A program made the translations under genes and the position numbers. Below the pieces are notes generated by a model, which was given only the letters and a program-made list of their open reading frames with translations, made no database searches and was not told the DNA's origin. This document shows, one piece after another, positions 18,744 to 27,784 of a DNA stretch of 64,000 nucleotides (positions within the stretch are counted from its first letter, which is position 1; each line of letters starts with the position of its first letter). The DNA is from a virus, in the IMG/VR virus record IMGVR_UViG_3300045988_172415; one strand, given 5' to 3'.

Positions 18744-19857
18744 CCCAACCCCAATCCTTCTTTATGATGTCTCGCGTCACGTCCCAACCCCATTCGCTGA
18801 CTTTGCGAACGTCACGAACCTGCGGAGTATATTGCGCCCACTCGTCGGAGAAAATGTTGCGTCGTGTTCCACTCATATCCGTATAGTCACCGAACCTGTC
18901 GGTCGGCATCCCATGCTCGAACCATTCGTCCCAGACCGCGATTCCCATTCGTTGCGACACGGTAGGATTGCCCACGACCATTTCCGTCATGCCTTGCGTG
19001 CGTTGTACCACCGCGTTGAACGATTCGTAACCTTCGTTTGCCTTCGGTATCTGCAACCATACGCAGATGAGTCCGCGACGCTTCATCGGAGAATAGGCGA
19101 GCATCTTAGCCCAGTTCTGCATCTTCTTATCCAATTCGCTGTTGGACGTTTGGATTTCGATACCCGCCAACACATTGTTCCGGCACAACGTCACCACGTC
19201 GGTCGCGCAAGCCTTGCCGACCTTCGACTCGGCAACAGCCTGTGGGTCAACGCTACGGAATTTTCCCCAACCATCACCGGATGAGAATTTCACGCGTGAA
19301 TCGCGTGCCAACATCAATCCCGCGTGCGCCGCATAAGTGTTATGCCGAACATGGAAACGATTCCCCGCGTAATAGGAAACCGCCATCGTCTCACGCATCC
19401 ACTTTTCCATCCCGTACAATTTCATCGCACGGTTGATAAGACGTGGACTGTTCGACGGTGAAAGCCAAACATGATTCACGGTCTGACCGTACAATCGTTC
19501 CGCCTGACTGAAACCGACGTTGATGATTCCCAAACGGTTCATCGCACCATACAGGTTCGGTTCGTCACGTTCGAAAGCGGGAGCGCCTTTGATGGAAAGT
19601 CCCGCACGTAGTTGGTCAACCGTGCATGTCTTCCAAGTGAACAATGCGCCGAGGATACTCGAAACGAGTTCGCTGTTCGCTTTCACCATTGTCTCCGCGA
19701 ACAGTTTGTTCGCAACGAACCACGGGTGGGTCTGCGCGAACAATCCGGGATGCTCCATCTCGAACATGTCGTTGCCTTTATACCAGTCGGCAATGCTTCC
19801 GGTCTTCCAAAGATTCTCGTCGTTCGGGTCGAAAAGAAAACGGTCATCGAATGTCAC
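18661..19857 (-). CDS. hypothetical protein (398 aa, Trp-rich C-terminus), conjugation-operon member
   Basis: ORF. I could not recognise a relaxase or primase motif with confidence. Confidence 0.4.
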   Translation of the reverse strand: MTFDDRFLFDPNDENLWKTGSIADWYKGNDMFEMEHPGLFAQTHPWFVANKLFAETMVKANSELVSSILGALFTWKTCTVDQLRAGLSIKGAPAFERDEPNLYGAMNRLGIINVGFSQAERLYGQTVNHVWLSPSNSPRLINRAMKLYGMEKWMRETMAVSYYAGNRFHVRHNTYAAHAGLMLARDSRVKFSSGDGWGKFRSVDPQAVAESKVGKACATDVVTLCRNNVLAGIEIQTSNSELDKKMQNWAKMLAYSPMKRRGLICVWLQIPKANEGYESFNAVVQRTQGMTEMVVGNPTVSQRMGIAVWDEWFEHGMPTDRFGDYTDMSGTRRNIFSDEWAQYTPQVRDVRKVSEWGWDVTRDIIKKDWGWDVSGWTMPEAYRGGFYGFIGKDCDGLH

Positions 19858-21068
19858 TTACGCCCACGACCTTTCTTTCCTTCACTGTTCTTAGCGTTCG
19901 GATTGAATCTTTCCGGATTGAAACCACGGTCGGGCAAAGCCCAGTTAAGAATGTTCTCCCTAGCAAAAGCAAGACCGGGGTCATCCCATCTGACATCACC
20001 GTTGGCGATATGGTTGCTTGCCTCGACCGTCTGATATTCGGTTCCGAGAAACGTTCCGTATCTCGTATAGTCGAGTCGTCTGTAACCTTGCAGTCCGACC
20101 GGAACGGTGTCCTTGATTCCGATGAGTTCCTTCGGAAGATGATGCTCAGCCAAGGCCGTCAGCAGATTCAACGCGTCTATCTGCGTCTGCCTTCCAGCCT
20201 TGATGATAACCAGACAAGGGTCTCCCGATTGAATGTATGGAAGCAGTAAACCGTTGGCGATATTCTCCCTATCATCCAAATCGTCCGCGCTGATTCGGTC
20301 AAGGTCGAGCACGACGAAATCCCACAGTCGGCGTGCCGCTTGGATGTACTGACGGTATATCTGCCAGTCCACTCCGACGCCTGCTGGAGGTGCGAAACAG
20401 ATGTCGTATGGAACCCCAAGGTCACGTCCTCGATTGGCTCCGACCTGCACCTGCATGCCCGGTCGCCAGTCGGCTATCGTATGCAATGGCTTGTCCTGTC
20501 TCGGGTCGAAAAAACTACGTTGACTGGACTGTCTGATGTTGCCGTCGATGAGCAGAACACGCAATCCGGCTTGCGACGCACGGTCTGCCAACTGTCGGCT
20601 GGACGTGGTCTTCCCCACTCCTCCGGTGTTGGATGTGATGGGTAGGAGAACCGCAGTTTCCTTCACTTTGTTTTGGAGGATATCGACTACGAGACGCTTG
20701 TCCGCAAGCTGGATTCCCCAATAAGTCCGTGCGAAATCAGCCACGCTCATGCGTAACATCTGTTCGCTCATGCCTATGGCTCCGACCGGTATCTGACCGG
20801 TGTTGCACCAGTAGACCATGTATCCGGCGTTGGCTATCGGAAGCCAGTTTCCAGCCCTGTCAGTGAAGATGATTCCCTTGAACCCGGAGGGCACCGGATG
20901 TCTTACCAGATAGTCGGCCTGTGCTTGAATATTGTCTGCGGCGGGCACCTGCCAACGCATGTTTCCAGCTCTCGTAAGGGCCTTTTTGATGGTTGTGAGA
21001 AGCCCTCCGGAGCCGATTATCAGGGAAATCGTTCGTTTTTCCAATAAGACCGCCTCCTGATGGGTCAT
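19854..21068 (-). CDS. ParA/MinD-superfamily P-loop ATPase with a ~140-aa N-terminal extension
   Basis: Walker A 'TSNTGGVGKTTSS' in the middle of a 404-aa protein. First large gene after the T+G-rich leader tract. Confidence 0.5.
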   Translation of the reverse strand: MTHQEAVLLEKRTISLIIGSGGLLTTIKKALTRAGNMRWQVPAADNIQAQADYLVRHPVPSGFKGIIFTDRAGNWLPIANAGYMVYWCNTGQIPVGAIGMSEQMLRMSVADFARTYWGIQLADKRLVVDILQNKVKETAVLLPITSNTGGVGKTTSSRQLADRASQAGLRVLLIDGNIRQSSQRSFFDPRQDKPLHTIADWRPGMQVQVGANRGRDLGVPYDICFAPPAGVGVDWQIYRQYIQAARRLWDFVVLDLDRISADDLDDRENIANGLLLPYIQSGDPCLVIIKAGRQTQIDALNLLTALAEHHLPKELIGIKDTVPVGLQGYRRLDYTRYGTFLGTEYQTVEASNHIANGDVRWDDPGLAFARENILNWALPDRGFNPERFNPNAKNSEGKKGRGRK

Positions 21069-21109
21069 GTTCCGTTGTTTTCATCGGAACGTTTACGGTT
21101 TTGTCCGAG

Positions 21110-21700
21110 TTCTGGCATTTATAGTTTTTTGATATTTAGTTTTTTGTTGGTTTTGCTGTTGCTTTTTTCATTGCATTGGCTGTTCCTGTATTGATGTTAC
21201 CTTGTTTTGATTGTCGTTGACCTTGTTAGTGAGACTATTGACCTTTTTGTTGTTTTTGTTGTTGTAGTGGCTGTTGGTTGTTGTTTGTGCTGGTGCTGGT
21301 GCTTGACCTGTTGCCTTGTGGTGCTGTTGCTTGGCTTTTCTTGTTTCTTGGGGTGTTTGGTGCTGTTGTTCTTCTGTTTTGTATGCCATATGGGTTGATG
21401 TGCTGTTCCTTTGTGGATGGTTGCGTTGCTTCTGTTGTTTTCATACGTTGTATTCCCGATTTAGGGGTAGGTGTTTCTTCTTTTATTGTCCTGTTCTTCT
21501 GTTGCTTCTATTTGATTAAGATTGCTGCTCTTATATTCTCCTTTTCTTCCTTTTGGTTTTTCTTTTCTTTCTGATTTTCTTGGTTATTCTTTTTTGATGT
21601 GATGGTGTTTGGTTTCTTTTTCTGATTTTTTGGTGGGTAGTGCTTCCTTTCTTTTAGTCTTTTTGATTTTTGGTTTTTCTCTTTTTTTTGAGTCTGCTAT
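21110..21700 (+). other. ~600-bp extreme T+G-rich, strand-asymmetric tract (A/C-rich on the minus strand), probably non-coding
   Basis: In 60-nt blocks I tallied, T+G is roughly 72–88% and A roughly 2–15%. Both strands give only low-complexity 'ORFs' (Cys/Leu/Phe-rich on the plus strand, Gln/Asn/Lys/Thr-rich on the minus strand). Confidence 0.5.
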
Positions 21701-21977
21701 TCATGTTGACCTACCGGCGTGGACTGGATGGTTTTCATGTTTTTTCTGATAATGGTCGGGTGTTGTTCCTTTTTTCATATTTGTTGGGGACTCTTTTTGG
21801 TTCCGCTTTTCTGTTGGAACTACCGGCGCGGGCGGCGCGGGGAATTGTTTTTCCCGTTTTCCCCGTTTAGGGATGCTGTCGGGCGTTACACTCGTGAATT
21901 GAAAATACAGAACACCTCGTTCCGACTGTTAACAGCCTGTACGACCGGAGTGTTCGCTGGATATGACGAAAGAAGGT

Positions 21978-22685
21978 ATGATGCCAGACTTCACCAATTG
22001 GGGATTCAACAACAACCAGCAGTCGGAGCAGGACAATGGTTACGGTTCCGACAATTATGCTGAACCGGAGCAGTCTTCTGTCGAGGAGTCGCAGACGGAA
22101 TCCGATTCTCTTAATCAGGAGAGTTCGGAGCCTGTCTCTGACGTGTCCGCACCGGCTGATGGTGAGGATGTGAACGTGGACGCTGAGTCCACTGAAACCG
22201 AAGACAAGCCGAGGGGGAAGGGTAAGGGCCGTTCCAATCGCAAACCGCGTGAGAAGACCATGCCGCACATCGAGGAACAGTTCGGCAAGAAGCTGATTCC
22301 TCTTGTCAAATCGTTGGATGACGAGCGTGTGGTTTCTCTCGCCAAGGCGTTGACTGATACGAAGAAGAGCACTCCGGAAGCAGTGCTGGACGCATTGACT
22401 GAGCCGAAGAACCAACGTCGAATCTCTGAGTTCGCGTCCGCGTTGGAAGGGTTGGCTACAGCCGAGCCGGGCATGATTGCCGCAGAGGTGACGTTGGTGT
22501 TCGCGCAGGGCAAGGATATGACCAACCTGCTGTTCTCCGTGCTGAACGCGGTCGCGCCGGAGAAGAATTTCGGACGTCCGGTTGACGACCAGTCTCCTGC
22601 CGGAATGCGTAAGAACCTGAGCAAGATTGTCGATAATTGGGGTGACGGTGTTGACCTTTCCGTTATCGATGAGCTGAAAATCTGA
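21978..22685 (+). CDS. hypothetical protein with an acidic low-complexity N-terminus
   Basis: Start chosen at 21978 with RBS GAAAGAAGG; the track ORF starts at 21963. Confidence 0.4.
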   Translation: MMPDFTNWGFNNNQQSEQDNGYGSDNYAEPEQSSVEESQTESDSLNQESSEPVSDVSAPADGEDVNVDAESTETEDKPRGKGKGRSNRKPREKTMPHIEEQFGKKLIPLVKSLDDERVVSLAKALTDTKKSTPEAVLDALTEPKNQRRISEFASALEGLATAEPGMIAAEVTLVFAQGKDMTNLLFSVLNAVAPEKNFGRPVDDQSPAGMRKNLSKIVDNWGDGVDLSVIDELKI

Positions 22686-22751
22686 GTTTCCAACCCGACA
22701 TCATTGAGGGGAGTCGGCCTTACGGTCGGCTCCCCTCTTTTCATGCTTGGA

Positions 22752-23516
22752 CTATTGTCTGCGACGTAATCTCAAAGCGTCTTCGGATGAGTACACTCCG
22801 AACGGGCTGATGGTCACACTGTATTTCGTTATACGATACGTCCACTCGTTCTGACTGTCGTTTAACTCCTTGAATCTATTTAGAAGATTCTGCTTGGAGA
22901 GGCTTTGCCTGCTTGCTGGAAGCAGTGATGGAAGGTCTGCCCGTTCGATGATGAGCCTATGGTCGTTCGGACAATACAATGCCGCCAATGCGAGCAGGTC
23001 TATCGCTATGGCGCTACCCGCGTTGGGGTACAGACACTTCAACGGCATCTGCCGGACGTTCCTTGTCATCATTTTTACGAACGGTTCCGTGAACGTGATT
23101 TTCCGATGCTCGATAGTGAGACTGTCGGCGGTGATTTCGGTGTGTTCGACCGGCGTGACTTTGACTCCGTCCGCTCCGGTGAACTGGATTGACGAGAGCA
23201 TGAGAAGCTGGTTCCGGACGGTAGTGCGTCCGTCTCCTCCACTGTTCAAACCGCATTTGTTGGCGAGGAAGAAGAAGTCGTCGCCGATGGTGAGCGTGCG
23301 GGTTTCCGCATCCCATTCGCGGCTTGGCGTGTTAATGAGAGTGGTGATGATTATGCTTAACAGTCTCGGTACTCTACCGGAGAAACTGTTCTTGGTTTTC
23401 GCACGATAGGGTGCGAACAGTGGATAGGATTCCGCGGTGAGATAGCCGATATCGTAGCCGAGTATCGTATGATAGTCGGCTTTCAGGGTCTCCAGCCCAT
23501 AGGTTCCTTCGTTCAT
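22752..23516 (-). CDS. hypothetical protein, possible second Rep-like/DNA-binding protein
   Basis: 254 aa. Weak architectural resemblance to plasmid Rep proteins only. Confidence 0.25.
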   Translation of the reverse strand: MNEGTYGLETLKADYHTILGYDIGYLTAESYPLFAPYRAKTKNSFSGRVPRLLSIIITTLINTPSREWDAETRTLTIGDDFFFLANKCGLNSGGDGRTTVRNQLLMLSSIQFTGADGVKVTPVEHTEITADSLTIEHRKITFTEPFVKMMTRNVRQMPLKCLYPNAGSAIAIDLLALAALYCPNDHRLIIERADLPSLLPASRQSLSKQNLLNRFKELNDSQNEWTYRITKYSVTISPFGVYSSEDALRLRRRQ

Positions 23517-23640
23517 TGTGTCTCCTTATAAAAATGACGGGCGTGTGGTTCCGTCGATAACACAATGATACCCCCAGTATTGTGAGGTCGGATACCAAAA
23601 GGTGCCGGTTGACAGCACCGTCCACCGGCACCCTAATGGG

Positions 23641-23949
23641 TTACAAGTCTTTCCTATCCGGCTTTGAACCGTTCCCATCCGTATCGGGTTTTTTATCCCT
23701 ACCCACAGGTCTACGAAGTCCAGAACCGGATTGTCCGGCCACACGACGTTCCAATCGAAGCTGATACCGAATCTTCTCCAAGGTCTTCGACGTGTCAGTG
23801 ATGTTCCCTTTACGGGCTTCACGAATCCACAGTTGACAACCCCGGTCGAGCATGACGACGTCGGATAGTTTCGGTTGCCTTCCGGAACGTTTCAGTGACT
23901 TCGCCGGTGTCTGGTTTTGGTGTTGCTCATCGTCGTACATTCCGCCCAC
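23641..23949 (-). CDS. hypothetical basic protein (102 aa)
   Basis: ORF in an operon with the AAA ATPase. Confidence 0.3.
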   Translation of the reverse strand: MGGMYDDEQHQNQTPAKSLKRSGRQPKLSDVVMLDRGCQLWIREARKGNITDTSKTLEKIRYQLRLERRVAGQSGSGLRRPVGRDKKPDTDGNGSKPDRKDL

Positions 23950-24158
23950 CTTTCCTTTTCACTGGGGTGGGCGAGCTGGTGTTGCGCCCACTTTCTCGCT
24001 TGTTTCATAGCGGCTTTCTTGCCGCCGTTGAGAGTGTGGGCAGTACCGTTCGCAATGGGAGTGAAGAATCCTTCATCTTCCACTTCAGCACTCCACAGAT
24101 ATGACATGAAACCGTTTCTGCGGACATTGATATCGAACTTGTATCCGTCACGGTTCAC
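23892..24158 (-). CDS. hypothetical protein (88 aa)
   Basis: ORF overlapping its neighbours by 4 nt (coupled). Confidence 0.3.
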   Translation of the reverse strand: MNRDGYKFDINVRRNGFMSYLWSAEVEDEGFFTPIANGTAHTLNGGKKAAMKQARKWAQHQLAHPSEKERWAECTTMSNTKTRHRRSH

Positions 24159-25147
24159 TGGTTGGAAACCTCCATCTTCAGAGAGTTGAAAGCATTGACG
24201 AACAGGTCGGCCGGAATGGTTTCCGAACCGGAAATCAAAGTCTTACGGGCAAGATTGTCCACTGTTTGGACGATAAGGGCTGGACTTATGTTCTCTACAT
24301 TGATGTCGCATGGTCGAACGTCGGCTTGGATATTCAACTCCTTAAGCCGGTGCATGATAATAAGCCTTGTCGTAGTCTTGTCGGGAAGTGTCATGCGAAC
24401 TCGAACGTCGAACCGACGCCATGCGGCACGGTCGATGAGACCGTCCATGTTGGTCGCGCAGATGAGAATGCAATCCTCCGGAAGCAGGTCTATTTTCTGT
24501 AACATGAGATTGGTTGCCCGACGCATTTCGGCAACGTCATGGGAGTTGTCGCGTCGTGCCAGAAGCATGTCGCATTCGTCTATGAACAGGAGCTTGCGTT
24601 CCATGTGGAGCCGGTCGAACACCAAGGCGATATTGGTTAACGTCTTACCGAGCTGACTGCTGATAACACGGTCTGCACGAAGGATGACCCCGTCCAGTCC
24701 AAGCCTCTCCGACAGGATGGAAGCGAAGGTGGTCTTGCCTGTGCCGGGCGCTCCCGTGAGCATGATTCGATTACGGGGAGCGAGATTATGCGCGGTCAGG
24801 ACATCCAGTTTCCCATATTCGGCAACCAGTCCGTCCAACAATCCCCGCATGGTCTTATCCCACACAGGCTTATGAGTACCGTCCGGTGGGAGCAACGGTT
24901 CGGTCAACCCGTCAACCGGTGCCAGATTCGTGTTGACGGACAGTCCCTTCTCTCGTTCCGACTCTGCCAGCCGACGCAGATTCGTAGTGTAGGCGGTCGG
25001 CTTGGCTTTCTCCACCGAGTCGGCCAGCAAGTCGATTTGCTGGGACAGTTTCAAATGGTCTCCGTTGCATGCGGCTCTGACCAGTCGAAGCATTTCCGTG
25101 CTGTTTAACAACTGACCTTCCTGCTTTCTGAAAATGATTTTTGTCAA
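24155..25147 (-). CDS. AAA+ family ATPase
   Basis: Walker A 'LTGAPGTGKTT' and Walker B 'LLFIDECD', with an arginine-finger-like region downstream. Confidence 0.6.
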   Translation of the reverse strand: MTKIIFRKQEGQLLNSTEMLRLVRAACNGDHLKLSQQIDLLADSVEKAKPTAYTTNLRRLAESEREKGLSVNTNLAPVDGLTEPLLPPDGTHKPVWDKTMRGLLDGLVAEYGKLDVLTAHNLAPRNRIMLTGAPGTGKTTFASILSERLGLDGVILRADRVISSQLGKTLTNIALVFDRLHMERKLLFIDECDMLLARRDNSHDVAEMRRATNLMLQKIDLLPEDCILICATNMDGLIDRAAWRRFDVRVRMTLPDKTTTRLIIMHRLKELNIQADVRPCDINVENISPALIVQTVDNLARKTLISGSETIPADLFVNAFNSLKMEVSNQ

Positions 25148-25207
25148 TAAACGTTATGGTCAATGTTTGAGAAGTAGAAGGAATTAGTAATATGGCAGTC
25201 TTCCAAT

Positions 25208-25438
25208 CTATTTGAGAGAGGAACCGTAGACGATGATGGAACCCACCGAAACCGACAACACCAGCAGTGACACGACGGTCATCAGCCGATAGTTGAACAG
25301 GTCTGAACGGGATTTCTCGTCAGGCATCCGACTCATTCTCCCTATCGACAGTCGAGCGTAATGCACCAGCGCGGCCAAGCTCAACGCCGACAATATTATG
25401 AGAGAAACCATGCAACATATCTGCTCTTTGGAATACAT
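25208..25438 (-). CDS. small membrane protein (2 TM)
   Basis: ORF with two hydrophobic segments. Confidence 0.3.
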   Translation of the reverse strand: MYSKEQICCMVSLIILSALSLAALVHYARLSIGRMSRMPDEKSRSDLFNYRLMTVVSLLVLSVSVGSIIVYGSSLK

Positions 25439-25779
25439 CAGACGCCTTTACGAAGCCACAAATCTGGATGGTCGAGATACGGGTACAGTTCGGGAATCTT
25501 TCGCACAGCTTCCCGAATCCAACCGTTCTCGCAGATACGTTCTAAATAATCTAATGGCTTGCGTTGCAGGGACTTCGACTTGGTGTTCCGTGCCTTGTGG
25601 ATTGCTTCCACAGCCTTCTTGTTCGCCTGTTGGAATGTGATTTTCCCTTTGGCCTTATCGTCCGAAATGGTTTGCAACCTTGCTATCAGACGGTTGATGG
25701 TAGCCATATCCTTGGCGTATGGGCGTGCCGGAATGGCTGTTCTGCTTATGTCTTCCTTGCCGAATCCGTTGCCGCTCAA
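25438..25779 (-). CDS. hypothetical protein, tandem paralog A (NGWIREA motif)
   Basis: 113 aa sharing 'NGWIREA...YP.LD.P..W' with the adjacent 25776–26117 gene. Confidence 0.4.
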   Translation of the reverse strand: MSGNGFGKEDISRTAIPARPYAKDMATINRLIARLQTISDDKAKGKITFQQANKKAVEAIHKARNTKSKSLQRKPLDYLERICENGWIREAVRKIPELYPYLDHPDLWLRKGV

Positions 25780-26117
25780 ACCGTTGCCTTCCTTTCCTTT
25801 TTACGGCTATGGTCTCGATGTTTGCCCCACCGTTCCGGGCAGTCCAAGTCCGGGTAAACCAAGCCCATCTCGTTTGCCGCTTCACGAATCCAACCGTTGG
25901 TGCAAAGCTTGCAGAGTCGTACCATGGGGCCGCTCGTGGCGCGTGGCATTCCTCCGTTGGCGGTCGCCACCGCGTCCACGGCGAGATGGTTCGCCTCCTC
26001 ATATGAGATTGTTCCGTCGCTTTTACCGTCGGCTATCTCCCACAATCTTTTACGCAGGTTGAAGAGCTTCTTGGCCTTCTCGAACGTTGGATGGTATGTC
26101 TGTATGGTTTCCGGCAT
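25776..26117 (-). CDS. hypothetical protein, tandem paralog B (NGWIREA motif)
   Basis: 113 aa sharing the motif and nucleotide identity ('CGAATCCAACCGTT') with 25438–25779. Confidence 0.4.
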   Translation of the reverse strand: MPETIQTYHPTFEKAKKLFNLRKRLWEIADGKSDGTISYEEANHLAVDAVATANGGMPRATSGPMVRLCKLCTNGWIREAANEMGLVYPDLDCPERWGKHRDHSRKKERKATV

Positions 26118-26176
26118 TGTCCTGTCCGAATACTCCTTTCAGTGTTGTCCACTGTGCTCGGATTGCGTTTTTCAGG

Positions 26177-26557
26177 TCAGAGTCCGGCCTGTTGGAAACG
26201 GCCAATCCAATATTTGTAGTCGGCGTCCGCATACGCTTTGTTGCATGTGGTGAGAATTTCCTGATATCGGACTTGAAGGTCGGGTTGGTATCGTTCAGTG
26301 GACTTCGGGAGCACTGTGGTCATGGCCCCATGGTTGAACAGCAACACCTCACGGTCAGCGGCCTCGTGTTCGAGTTTGCGGTCGATTCCCTCAAACCATT
26401 GGTGTACCTCGTCGTCGTTTGGCAGTCGGCCTTCGCCAATCATTCTGCTCATGGTGTCCTTGAGGCTGAGTAACGCGTCCTGCATGCGTTCGTTTTTGAA
26501 CAGGAGTCGTTCCACTTCGGTTCTCGGCTCTCGTTCGGTGTTGTTTTTATCGTCCAT
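26177..26557 (-). CDS. hypothetical protein (126 aa)
   Basis: ORF. Confidence 0.4.
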   Translation of the reverse strand: MDDKNNTEREPRTEVERLLFKNERMQDALLSLKDTMSRMIGEGRLPNDDEVHQWFEGIDRKLEHEAADREVLLFNHGAMTTVLPKSTERYQPDLQVRYQEILTTCNKAYADADYKYWIGRFQQAGL

Positions 26558-26627
26558 TGGTTTCCTTCGTTCTTGCGAACATGCCTATGCCCCAGTCCGT
26601 TCGGGCTGGGGCATTCCTTTTTGTTTT

Positions 26628-26804
26628 TTAGGCGTCGAGTTTCTTGATGAAGTGAGCGAACAGTGCGGTGGAGCTGAGTAGAAATGTGATGCTGGTGATT
26701 GCCATTACCACGTGGCCGTAATCCTGTCTCCACATGAGGAGTGCGCTGACGATTGTGATGAGTGTCAATGTCAGGTTGATGTTGTTTTCCGTCTGTTTGC
26801 TCAT
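26628..26804 (-). CDS. small membrane protein (59 aa, MSKQTENNINLTLTLITIVSALLMW...)
   Basis: The promoter-motif copy at 26853–26876 lies inside the longer track ORF, so the start is placed at the internal Met with an RBS. Confidence 0.4.
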   Translation of the reverse strand: MSKQTENNINLTLTLITIVSALLMWRQDYGHVVMAITSITFLLSSTALFAHFIKKLDA

Positions 26805-26852
26805 GGTTTCTTCTTTTTTTTCTGGCGTGGTTGGGAGTGTGTGGCTCCCTTT

Positions 26853-26876
26853 TTTTGTGGACGATTCCAGTATAAC
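26853..26876 (-). promoter_or_regulatory. copy of the conserved promoter/operator module ('GTTATACTGGAATCGTCCACAA' on the minus strand)
   Basis: Reverse-complement match. It probably drives the minus-strand operon 26804→22752. Confidence 0.45.
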
Positions 26877-27004
26877 AAAGGGTATGGTCGAACGCAAATC
26901 ATCCGACCGCGAATCCCCGAACGGTTGCACACCCCCACCTAATGTGTTAAGCTGACCTCGCCCACACAAAACATTCCACAAGAACGGGAAAGACCACAGA
27001 AACA

Positions 27005-27229
27005 ATGAGCGCAACCAAATACGACAACGGCAACACATCCACACTCCAAGTCATCGACAACGAGGGAACAAACAAGCTCACCATCCTCCAATCCCCCAGC
27101 TTCGGCAAGGAACTCATGTTCACCATCACCAACAGCGACACCGCGACCAGCGTCGTCGTCAACGACATAGAAACCCTCCGCAAAATCAGAGACTTCCTCA
27201 ACGAAAGCATCCACTGGATGGAAGCGTGA
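27005..27229 (+). CDS. small hypothetical protein (74 aa)
   Basis: ORF, first gene of the plus-strand block. Confidence 0.4.
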   Translation: MSATKYDNGNTSTLQVIDNEGTNKLTILQSPSFGKELMFTITNSDTATSVVVNDIETLRKIRDFLNESIHWMEA

Positions 27230-27232
27230 ACC

Positions 27233-27784
27233 ATGGTCGAAGACACCGTTTGCACCATCGGCGTATATGGTGGCCGACAACCGTCCATACTCGTCAATAA
27301 CCATCTCGTCTACGGTCGGATGCCCGACTCCGAAACCCAGCCGGACATCATCGCGGACGTTCCGAAGAACAGGCTCGTTGCCAACCTCAACCCAGCCTCC
27401 GACGGCATGACGGACAGTCCCAGACTTCCGTTGGAACTGTTCGCCGCATGGCTCGCCAACGGTGACGTGGGCCTCAGCTCGCTCGCCATCGTCCAACGGC
27501 TCACCGGAATCACAATGACCGTGAACGGCACGCGCGAACATGGTTGCGAGGACACTCCGAAAGACCCCGGAGACCTACGTCGGATACTCGGAATGTTCGA
27601 CATGGTGCCAGTCGCACGTGCCTATCTGAGTCTCATGCGCGACGTGTCGGACGATTGGAAAACCATCATCGACCATTGGAGCGAACTCGAAAAACAGTAT
27701 CGGAAAGAGGAACACAATCCATCCGGTTGCGCTCCCAAAACCTACCGGATGCTGAAACGATTGAAGGAAGGAAACCATGCCTAA
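27233..27784 (+). CDS. hypothetical protein (183 aa)
   Basis: ORF whose end overlaps the next gene by 8 nt. Confidence 0.4.
   Translation: MVEDTVCTIGVYGGRQPSILVNNHLVYGRMPDSETQPDIIADVPKNRLVANLNPASDGMTDSPRLPLELFAAWLANGDVGLSSLAIVQRLTGITMTVNGTREHGCEDTPKDPGDLRRILGMFDMVPVARAYLSLMRDVSDDWKTIIDHWSELEKQYRKEEHNPSGCAPKTYRMLKRLKEGNHA

Noticed and set aside
21207-21574. Plus-strand ORFs (63–98 aa) rich in Cys/Leu/Phe/Val, and minus-strand ORFs rich in Gln/Asn/Lys/Thr, inside the T+G tract
   Set aside because: Their amino-acid composition is just the translation of extreme T/G or A/C bias. The frames overlap and no RBS is convincing. I treat them as compositional artefacts and the tract as non-coding.
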